A stretch of 64,000 nucleotides of DNA from Pyrinomonadaceae bacterium (GTDB taxonomy: Bacteria; Acidobacteriota; Blastocatellia; Pyrinomonadales; Pyrinomonadaceae), in assembly GCA_046313635.1 (NCBI GenBank), contig JBKBYA010000006.1, positions 96,001 to 160,000 of the forward strand. The letters are read 5' to 3'. The notes below the pieces were generated by a model that saw only the letters and a program-made list of their open reading frames with translations, was not told the origin of the DNA and did not search any database. The translations under genes and the position numbers were made by a program. Below are positions 48,899 through 59,434 of the stretch, piece by piece; the stretch's first letter is position 1, and every line of letters starts with the position of its first letter.

Positions 48899-50254
48899 AT
48901 GTTCGACGAGTCACTGTTTGATCAGGTCCCGGCAGAGCCTTTGAAAGAAGGCGATTTTTTGTATGACTACGAGGTCAAGTCCTCGTGGGAGCGCTCGCCG
49001 TACATTTACAAGATCGTTGGCGTCTCGGCCGCGCTCAACCTGCTCATCGTGCTCGTCGCCGGCCAAACTTCGCTGCTGACCGCAAAAGGCTGCGACAGCC
49101 CGCTCGTCGGCCGCATGTGCCAGGTGCTCGATACCGTCTATATCGGAACTAAGCTTTTCTCGACCGAGCGCGAGTACGCCGACGCCGTTTACGAAAAGAC
49201 CGAACTCGAGGACGCAGATATAACCTTTGTCGACGTAAGCGGCCTCGAGGCGCCGCTCGAGTATCCGGAAGGCTACTTTAAGATCGCGAACCCCGAACAG
49301 GCGATGGCCTCGGCCGACTATTTCTCAAATCCGGCCGCCGGCTTTCCGTCCTTTCCGACGACGCCGTACAATCAGGGCCCGCCGCCTTCGAGCGGCGGCC
49401 TGATCAATACCAAGCCGAACATTCCGAAATCGAACCCTGATCCCGTCGAAGGCGAGCTGCCGACATTCGGCGACTCGAACACGGACACGGCCAACAACCG
49501 AAAGGGACGCGGCGGACGGCCGTCGGCGAACGCCAATAATTCGGTGGCCGACACAAACTCGAATTCGGGCGGCAGCTCGGAGACGAATGGCAATTCCGCA
49601 CAGAACGCCGAGGAGGAGGCCAAGGCAGATCAGTACGGCGTCTACATCAATAAGCGTCCGATCAAGGACCAGGCCAAGGAGACGCTCGAGCAGCTCGACG
49701 GCAACAAAGTGCAGCTCGACAAGTCGTTCAAGGTCGTCGTCAGCGGCAGTCTCGGTCTCGGCAAGGACGGAAAGACGATCGTCCTAAAAGACCCCAAGCG
49801 AGTGCCGGTCGACAAGAACGTGCCGAACGATCCGGCAATGGTCAAGCTCGTCGAGGATTGGATCACTGCCATCGGCGACGCTGGCTGGCTCGGCTATTTG
49901 ACCCGCGTTGAGCCAAAGCCCAAGAACGTCGTCATTACCGTCGAGCAGAACGAAACGGAACTGATCGCCAGCATCAAGGCCGACCAGCCGACCGAGGCTC
50001 AGGCCAACACGCAGTCGAGCTCGCTGGGCCTGCTGCTCGCCGGCGCGTCCGCTTTGACAAAGGGTGACGAGCAGGCATTTTTGCAAAAGGCTTCGGTCAA
50101 GGCCGACGGCAGATCATTCGTGCTGAACTTTGTGATCCCAAAGCAGGAAGCGCAGGAGATGATCCAGCGCAAGCTCGCCGAAGAAAAGGCAAAGGCCGCG
50201 CAGCCTAACAGCACGGCGGGCGTCGAGCCAAAGAACAGCACGTCGGGAAAGTAA
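48899..50254 (+). CDS. Hypothetical membrane-anchored protein with Asn/Pro-rich linker
   Basis: Long ORF with host-like codon usage, one TM helix near the N-terminus. Confidence 0.7.
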   Translation: MFDESLFDQVPAEPLKEGDFLYDYEVKSSWERSPYIYKIVGVSAALNLLIVLVAGQTSLLTAKGCDSPLVGRMCQVLDTVYIGTKLFSTEREYADAVYEKTELEDADITFVDVSGLEAPLEYPEGYFKIANPEQAMASADYFSNPAAGFPSFPTTPYNQGPPPSSGGLINTKPNIPKSNPDPVEGELPTFGDSNTDTANNRKGRGGRPSANANNSVADTNSNSGGSSETNGNSAQNAEEEAKADQYGVYINKRPIKDQAKETLEQLDGNKVQLDKSFKVVVSGSLGLGKDGKTIVLKDPKRVPVDKNVPNDPAMVKLVEDWITAIGDAGWLGYLTRVEPKPKNVVITVEQNETELIASIKADQPTEAQANTQSSSLGLLLAGASALTKGDEQAFLQKASVKADGRSFVLNFVIPKQEAQEMIQRKLAEEKAKAAQPNSTAGVEPKNSTSGK

Positions 50255-50255
50255 T

Positions 50256-51014
50256 TTGTACGTGAGCTATCGCAAGGGCCAAAATTCGATCATCTTCCTA
50301 GCCACGCTCGGCGTGTATCTCGGGCTCGTGCTTGCCGGCGGCGCGGCGCCGCAGGTCTATGCATATGCGGCGACCACTCGGGCCTTTGACGCGAGAGAAG
50401 AGATCGAGATCGGCGACGACTTTTTCGGCCCGCCCGACGGCGAGGACCGGTCTGACGTATCGCAGTCGCTCGGCGTCTACGTCGAGGATGTCGAGCAGCT
50501 GGTCAACGCGATCAGGAGGCTCGGGGCCGAGGGCCGCTTCACGACTGCAGCTGACCTATTCGAGGTCAGGCAAGACACTTACCTTCCGTGTATCGACTCA
50601 AATCGCGAGGGCAGCTACACGCCCCGGCGTTTTGTCGCGGCGAGCGAAAGTTTAAGACCCGCTCTCGCCCGATTCAGCTCGCAGACGGCATACGGCTATT
50701 CGCTTGGCGACTGCGTCGAAAACAAGTTCTACACTAAGCCGGCAACCGACTCGCAGGCTGAGTTCAAGCTCGACGCGGCCGGCCTCAAGGTACGCGTCAA
50801 GGTCAAGAGATCATCGATCGAATCGGCCGCCGCCCTCGTCGCGACGCTCAGCGGCGTCGGCCGCGCTATGCTTGCCCGCGAGGCCGCTCCGCTTAGAAAG
50901 GAAGTTCTTCGCAACACCGCTTTCTGGATCGACAACGATCAGGTCACCGTGATCACGCGTCTGCCCCGCGCCGCACTAGAGCCGCCGCTCGCCTCGGACG
51001 CACCGCAGCGGTGA
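50256..51014 (+). CDS. Hypothetical exported protein
   Basis: N-terminal hydrophobic segment; follows the previous gene by 1 nt; start uncertain. Confidence 0.6.
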   Translation: MYVSYRKGQNSIIFLATLGVYLGLVLAGGAAPQVYAYAATTRAFDAREEIEIGDDFFGPPDGEDRSDVSQSLGVYVEDVEQLVNAIRRLGAEGRFTTAADLFEVRQDTYLPCIDSNREGSYTPRRFVAASESLRPALARFSSQTAYGYSLGDCVENKFYTKPATDSQAEFKLDAAGLKVRVKVKRSSIESAAALVATLSGVGRAMLAREAAPLRKEVLRNTAFWIDNDQVTVITRLPRAALEPPLASDAPQR

Positions 51015-51166
51015 GAGTGATCGATCTTTCAAATTCCTTTTCCTTCACCTCGCCATTTCAATTTCTCAATTAAGCGTCGGGCCGCCGCTCGACCGCTCCG
51101 CCCTTGGATATCAGAGACGTCGCGCAGTGCCCGGCCCTGAAACTTCCAGGCGATGAAGAGGACAAA

Positions 51167-53977
<2,811 letters not shown>

Positions 53978-54006
53978 GACGCATCCGCACTGGGTTCAAA
54001 CAAAAA

Positions 54007-54187
54007 AGAGGCTGTCTGAAAAAGGCAGCCTCTTTTGCATTTCTCTTGACGGCGCGCTTCGAGCAGCTTTGTTCTTGCGGCTGCGCCGCGAGGAGAATTG
54101 AAAGCACTTTCAAAAATGCGGCGCCCTTCCGCACAGCACTGCGGCCGAGCCGCTGATGAGAATTTGAAGCACTTTCGGAAAGCCTCT
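54007..54187. mobile_element. MITE-like element, 181 bp, 15-bp imperfect TIRs; left end doubles as secA terminator
   Basis: AGAGGCTGTCTGAAA ... TTTCGGAAAGCCTCT (13/15); hairpin 54004-54036; related inverted copy at 56404-56531. Confidence 0.55.
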
Positions 54188-54212
54188 CGGACGCAGCAAC
54201 CCGAGATTCCGC

Positions 54213-55295
54213 TCACAAAAAATACCCGATCATCTCCTCGAAAGACATCGCCTCCTGCATCCATTCGCGCAGCAGTGAGACGCCGCTGTCTTTGTACTCC
54301 TTGCACGGCTGCGTGGCCTTGGCTCTCTTGGTCGTAAATACTTCTTTGCCGTTCGACGGGCATCGCCACGCTGCGGTATAGACGTGATCGGCGCGGCCGT
54401 CGGGACTGCAGGCCAAAGTTCCCTTTACAAGCTGCCACTTACATGCACACGGGCCGACGCCTTTCGCGTCGCGAGCGGTCGTATTGGGCAGGAAGTCGGG
54501 ATCGTCCGGATCGAGCCCGGGCGGAAAGCGATCGACCGGGCCGTCCTTAGGCAGCGTGTATATATCTATCCGGGGCATAGAGTAGGTGCCCTCGGGATTT
54601 CGCGTGACGTCGGTATCGTTCGGAATGCCGTCGCAGTCGATGTCGCGCGACGGATCACACGGAGTGCCGGTCCGCGCGGCTGTCCTTATCGAGTCGCAGC
54701 ATACCTTACTGCCGATCTGTGCCTGCACCTCGCTGCGGATGATAGTGAGATAAGCGCCGAGCGCGAGTTTGTCGCCTGGGATCGGATTCTTGCCCGTGAA
54801 GACGGAATAGCCGCAGACCGAGACTCTTACAAGGTCGCCCTGCGTCGCAACGAGCGGCGCCTGCACATCGCTGCATGCCGCTCCGCGATCGAACCACGGC
54901 AGCGACGGCTCGTCGCAGCGGTCCGACCCTTTCCCGCCGCCGCCCGAGCCGCCGCACGCCCGCATCAGCGCCTTATAGGCCGGGCATGACGCCCGATCGC
55001 CCTGCGTCGCTTTAAGCGAATCACAGATCGCGGCCTTGTCGCCGGGCGGCACTCCGTCGAGTGCTCCGCCGGCGTTGTCGGCCGGAAGCGGCCCGCCCCA
55101 GCAGGCCGGCGGCTTGGCAAGCACGACGTAATTCATCGTGTTGTCGCCGCAAAAGATGGTACATGCGGGCTTACGGTTTGGCTGTGGAAAGTTTTGCTGG
55201 CTCACGACGACCCGGCCCGGCGAATAGAGCGATGCAGCCGCGGCCAGGACGACCGAACAACGCAGCGCGGCTTTGACGAGAGTTCGTACTCGCAT
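54213..55295 (-). CDS. Hypothetical Cys-rich secreted protein
   Basis: Signal peptide, 18 Cys after it, DIDCDGIPND Ca-binding-like motif; GGGAGG RBS. Confidence 0.7.
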   Translation of the reverse strand: MRVRTLVKAALRCSVVLAAAASLYSPGRVVVSQQNFPQPNRKPACTIFCGDNTMNYVVLAKPPACWGGPLPADNAGGALDGVPPGDKAAICDSLKATQGDRASCPAYKALMRACGGSGGGGKGSDRCDEPSLPWFDRGAACSDVQAPLVATQGDLVRVSVCGYSVFTGKNPIPGDKLALGAYLTIIRSEVQAQIGSKVCCDSIRTAARTGTPCDPSRDIDCDGIPNDTDVTRNPEGTYSMPRIDIYTLPKDGPVDRFPPGLDPDDPDFLPNTTARDAKGVGPCACKWQLVKGTLACSPDGRADHVYTAAWRCPSNGKEVFTTKRAKATQPCKEYKDSGVSLLREWMQEAMSFEEMIGYFL

Positions 55296-55431
55296 TTTTT
55301 TACCTCCCCAGATCAAATGAACTGCTCGATAAACTTGGCGTTCACCGCCGGCACGCCAACGCTCCTCCGACGCGCGAAGTGCCGCACGAGGCCGACCGCG
55401 CGTCACGGGCGGCCTCGGCGCGATAAACGAT

Positions 55432-56016
55432 CTACTTGTTGGCCGCGGCCGTATTGGCGGCTGCGGGCTTGTCGCCGTCGGCCCTGGCCGCTCCGGCTTT
55501 CTTGTCGGTGATCTGGGCGTGGATCAACTTCCAGCCGTCGGGCTGCTTATGCATCACCCAAGTGACCATCGAATTACGGTCTTCGCTCTTGCCGTCCATT
55601 ACGGTCTTGCCCGTCGCCCCAGCGTAGACAAAGGCCCCGTCGCCCGCCGGGTGGCAGCGTACCTTTATGTCGTTGAACTTTAGACCTTCCCATTTGATCT
55701 TGCCTGACCTGATCTGCTCCAATCGCGAAGCCTTGGTCTGCAGATCGCCGTTCTGATCGATAAGCGTATAGCTGTCGTCGTAGAACTTTGCGACCGCGTC
55801 AGCGTCATTCTTGTTGAGCGCGGCCTCAAAATCGGACACGAACTTCTTCAATTCGGCCTCGACCGCTGCCGTGTCAGCGGGTTTGGCGGTGTTGGCCGTG
55901 TTGGCGGACAAATTTGCCGTTTTGTTAGCGTTGCCGCTGTTGGCCGCGGGCTCGCCGCAGCCGAATAGGATCGCCGACGCCGCAAATGCGAGCGTCGCCG
56001 TGAGCAAGCGTTTCAT
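55432..56016 (-). CDS. NTF2-like/DUF4440 lipoprotein
   Basis: Lipobox LFGC, Ala/Asn linker, 'AL.KNDADAVAKFY.D.Y', 'GWKLIHAQ'; AAGGAG RBS. Confidence 0.82.
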   Translation of the reverse strand: MKRLLTATLAFAASAILFGCGEPAANSGNANKTANLSANTANTAKPADTAAVEAELKKFVSDFEAALNKNDADAVAKFYDDSYTLIDQNGDLQTKASRLEQIRSGKIKWEGLKFNDIKVRCHPAGDGAFVYAGATGKTVMDGKSEDRNSMVTWVMHKQPDGWKLIHAQITDKKAGAARADGDKPAAANTAAANK

Positions 56017-56237
56017 AATTCGATCTCCTTTAAGGCGTACTCGAATGGATGCGGTTCCGGCGAGACGGCAGCCTTCGTCGCAGCATCCGTCAGCGGCGAA
56101 GAACTCGCGATCGGGTGGATGATTTGGGATTGCGTGATTTATACGCCTGAACGCCCCACGCGTCAAGACCGACGCGGCGACAGGTGCTGCCGCCGCCGGA
56201 TGCGTTATGATCCTTTCGGCCTGTCGCCAACTCTCAT

Positions 56238-56380
56238 ATGAAACAAAAGATCGGGATCACTTTGCTCGTCCTGTCGTCGCAGCTGTGGGCGGTGATCGCT
56301 CAGCAGACCGAGCGAGGCACAAAGACGGCAGGCCGGTGACGGTGATCGGGCTGGTCGAATACTCCTTCGAGATCTACTGA
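56238..56380 (+). pseudogene. Internally deleted remnant of a TonB-C-terminal-domain exported protein
   Basis: Signal-peptide-like MKQKIGITLLVLSSQLWAVIAQ joined out of frame to KDGRPVTVIGLVEYSFEIY* (56321-56380). Confidence 0.55.
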
Positions 56381-56403
56381 GACCTTCACCAACAGAAAGG
56401 GTG

Positions 56404-56531
56404 AAGAGGCTGTCTGAACCGGCGGCCTCTTATTTATTGGATCGGTCTTCTCGCGCGGCACAGCCGCAGGATCGCACGGCAGGCGCACGGGAGCGAAATG
56501 CAAAAGAGACTGCCATTTCAGACAGTCTCTT
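56404..56531. mobile_element. MITE-like element, 128 bp, 15-bp TIRs
   Basis: AAGAGGCTGTCTGAA ... TTCAGACAGTCTCTT (14/15); each end folds into a hairpin. Confidence 0.6.
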
Positions 56532-56576
56532 CTGTGTCCGACACTAAGAACGCCGTCACGGCCGGCAGCGGAATTT

Positions 56577-57848
56577 TTACTTCCCGATCTTCTTGATACT
56601 TCCCTGCCCGCTGATCTGGCGGCGGCCGGCGACGCGTTCGGCCTGCGCGAGGGCTCTTAGGAAATTCTCGCCGAGGACCTTGCGTATCTCGGCTTCGGTG
56701 TAGCCGCGGCGGAGCATCTCGTAGGTGACGAGGACGAGGTCTTCCATGCCGTTCATTCCCGCGGGGAGGAACGGCACGCCGTCGTAGTCGGAGCCGAGCC
56801 CGACGTGATCGATGCCGGCGACCTTTTTGATGTGGTCGATGTGGTCGACGATCCGCGTGTACGGAGCGACGTAGATCGGGTTGTCGGCGAGCAGCTTGCG
56901 CTCGGCCTCGTTAAAGCCGGCCGGATCGTTCTTGTACCGCTCGCGGAGCTTCTCGATCTGCGGGCGGAGGCGAGCCGAGCGGTCGTTCTCCTCCTTGTTG
57001 GTCCGCTCGTCGAGAAACGAGGGGTAAAAGACGACCATGATCACGCCGCCATTCTTCGGGAGCCGGCGAAGGACGTCGTCCGGGACGTTGCGGGTGTGAT
57101 TCGAGACGCCGCGGGCGCCCGAGTGAGACGCGATCACCGGGGCGGTCGCGATGTCGAGCACGTCGTGCATCACCTTGTCCGAGACGTGCGAGATGTCGAC
57201 GAGCATTCCGAGCCGGTTCATCTCGCGGACAACCTCTTTGCCAAAGTCGGTCAGGCCGTTGTTCTTGATATCGCGATGAGCGTCGGCCCACGCGGTCGCC
57301 GAGTTGTGCGTGAGCGTCATGTAGCGGATGCCGAGCCGGTAAAAATTGCGAAGCGCGTAGAGCGAGTTCTCGATCGCGTAGCCGCCCTCGATGCCCATCA
57401 GAGCGCATGTCTTGCCGAGCCGCTTTGCGCGGCGAATGTCGGCGGCGGTCGTGCACATCATCAGCTGCCGAGGGTGACGCTCGACCTCGCGGTACGTCGC
57501 GTCGATCAGGTCCATCGCCCGCCGCATCGCTCCGCCGGTCTGCAGCGTGCTGCCCGAGACGTAGATCGAAAAGAACTCGCCCGTGATGCCGCTCGCCTTA
57601 AAGCGTGCGAGGTCTGTATGGAACGGATCGCCGTCTCGATGAAACTTGCCCACGGTGTCTGTAGCGAGATCGAGGTCCTCGTCAACCATCGGTGAAGTGA
57701 TGTCGTTGTGCCCGTCGATGATGATCGCGCGGCGATGGATCGCGAGGGCCCGGGCCCAGAGCCTGGGATCTGCGTCCGTCGGCATCGTCTGCGCGAGAGC
57801 CGGCAGGCCGGCGGCGAGAAGCAGAAAGAGAGCGATGATCTTTTTCAT
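56577..57848 (-). CDS. Membrane dipeptidase (peptidase M19), exported
   Basis: IDGHND, GIEGG, YMTLTHN, VDISHVS, IASHSG, GLGSDYDG. Confidence 0.93.
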   Translation of the reverse strand: MKKIIALFLLLAAGLPALAQTMPTDADPRLWARALAIHRRAIIIDGHNDITSPMVDEDLDLATDTVGKFHRDGDPFHTDLARFKASGITGEFFSIYVSGSTLQTGGAMRRAMDLIDATYREVERHPRQLMMCTTAADIRRAKRLGKTCALMGIEGGYAIENSLYALRNFYRLGIRYMTLTHNSATAWADAHRDIKNNGLTDFGKEVVREMNRLGMLVDISHVSDKVMHDVLDIATAPVIASHSGARGVSNHTRNVPDDVLRRLPKNGGVIMVVFYPSFLDERTNKEENDRSARLRPQIEKLRERYKNDPAGFNEAERKLLADNPIYVAPYTRIVDHIDHIKKVAGIDHVGLGSDYDGVPFLPAGMNGMEDLVLVTYEMLRRGYTEAEIRKVLGENFLRALAQAERVAGRRQISGQGSIKKIGK

Positions 57849-57913
57849 ATCGTTCAGAGAGGAGAGGATCGATTTTGAGTAATCTTAGCTTTTTTGCCGG
57901 CAAACAAAAAAGG

Positions 57914-57935
57914 AACGGCCCGACGCGGGCCGTTC
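57914..57935 (-). terminator. Probable intrinsic terminator
   Basis: GAACGGCCC/GGGCCGTTC stem flanked by A and T tracts. Confidence 0.55.
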
Positions 57936-57965
57936 ACGAGAGTTTTTTTGAGGAGAGATGCCAGA

Positions 57966-58268
57966 TCAGTAATTGCGGTTGCGGTAGTACGTCCGGTTAT
58001 AGCGGTTGTATTTGCGGTTGATGCGGCGCTGCTCGCGAGGCGAGATACGATTGTCGCGCCACGAGCGTCGATACGTCCGCCGCAGCTGTCTGCGCTGGCG
58101 ACGCTCTTTGTACCAGCCGCGATGGCGTCCCTGCGTCCAGCCGAGATGACGGCCGCGGTTGCCCTGCCAGCTCGCGCGTCCGGGCTGAGCGTTTGCCGTC
58201 CCGACATACATTCCCGCGAGCATCGCGATGCTCGCAATGACTACAGTCAGTGTTCTGAGATATTTCAT
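57966..58268 (-). CDS. Small Arg/Tyr-rich secreted protein
   Basis: Signal peptide (..TANAQ), GRHLGWTQGRHRGW, GGAGG RBS. Confidence 0.7.
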   Translation of the reverse strand: MKYLRTLTVVIASIAMLAGMYVGTANAQPGRASWQGNRGRHLGWTQGRHRGWYKERRQRRQLRRTYRRSWRDNRISPREQRRINRKYNRYNRTYYRNRNY

Positions 58269-58353
58269 CTTCTCCTCCGTAAGTTCTTGGTTCTGAATGG
58301 CCGGTGCCATTCCGCAGATCGACCTGCAAGCACGGTTCCAGACGCGGTCGCGT

Positions 58354-59214
58354 CTAGCTTAACAGCGGATAGCTCAACAGCGGAAAGAATCGGCCCTCGA
58401 TCTTATGTCCTTTCGGTATCACGGGCACGCCCGCGAGCAGCGGCTCGTCGGTATCAGAGAAGACGCCGTCGCGAAAGACGTTTATCACCGCCGCTCGACG
58501 CGGGCGCTTCGACGTATTTGCAAAAGAGCCGTGCACCAGCAGCGGATGATGAAAGCTCGCTTCGCCGGCCTTGAGCTCGATCGGCACGGGGTCGAACTCG
58601 GCCCGCTGCCGCGGCGAGAGACACTCAAAGATCGCGTCCATGTCGCTTGCCAGTTCGCCGCGCGGCAGCAGGTCCCAACGGTGGCTGCCCGGCACGTAGT
58701 GGACGCAGCCGTTCTCGATCGTCGAATCGTCGAGACCTATCCAGCACGTCAGGTGTGCGACCGGCCTTGTCCTCGTCCAGTACGAGTAGTCCTGATGCCA
58801 GGCGACCACGCCGCCGTCGCGCGCGGGCTTGACGAAAAGCTGATCGTGCCAGAGGCGCACGGGCCCGCCGAGCAGCTGCTCGGCCGCGGTCGTGAACGCC
58901 GGATGGAACAACAGATCGTGAAAGGCCGGCGATACGCGCCACGCTCCGAGCGCGTGAAAAAGCGTGCGGTCCGGGTCGCCCGATTCGTCATGGTGGTACT
59001 CGTAAAAGAGCGGATCGTCCTGCCGGCCGGGGGCCATCAGTTCGGCGAGCTCCGCGCGGAGCAGTTCGATCTGCTCGTCGGTCAGCACGCGAATTCCGGC
59101 CAGGTAGCCGTTCTCTTCAAAGAACGCGATCTGATCGGCGTCGAGCGCCGCGACGCCGCAGGCCTCGCCAAAGGCGTCGGTCAGCGGCATCGCAAATTCC
59201 GAAAGGTCGGTCAT
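58354..59214 (-). CDS. Phytanoyl-CoA dioxygenase (PhyH) family
   Basis: [22 protein letters not shown]...NGC...VPGSH, LVHGS.ANTS..PRR. Confidence 0.9.
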   Translation of the reverse strand: MTDLSEFAMPLTDAFGEACGVAALDADQIAFFEENGYLAGIRVLTDEQIELLRAELAELMAPGRQDDPLFYEYHHDESGDPDRTLFHALGAWRVSPAFHDLLFHPAFTTAAEQLLGGPVRLWHDQLFVKPARDGGVVAWHQDYSYWTRTRPVAHLTCWIGLDDSTIENGCVHYVPGSHRWDLLPRGELASDMDAIFECLSPRQRAEFDPVPIELKAGEASFHHPLLVHGSFANTSKRPRRAAVINVFRDGVFSDTDEPLLAGVPVIPKGHKIEGRFFPLLSYPLLS

Positions 59215-59434
59215 GCTCTCCATCATAATTCCGGACGCCGCAAAACTGAATCGAGTGGTACTCAGATTGCAATCCGCTCGATCACCGGCAGCGTCCGCTT
59301 CGCTGAAGGGCCAAAACTCCACCATATCCCCTCAAAGTTCTATTCGTTTGCCGCCCTCCGCCGTCCCGAATGACGAGATTTGTCACGCAGCTGGTGACAA
59401 AACGCGGCAAAATGCCGCTCGTTCACAACCTTAT

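Noticed and set aside
54008..54021. Similarity of GGCTGTCTGAA to Neisseriaceae DNA uptake sequences
   Set aside because: Only three or four occurrences in 64 kb, all at hairpin/MITE ends; far too sparse for an uptake signal.
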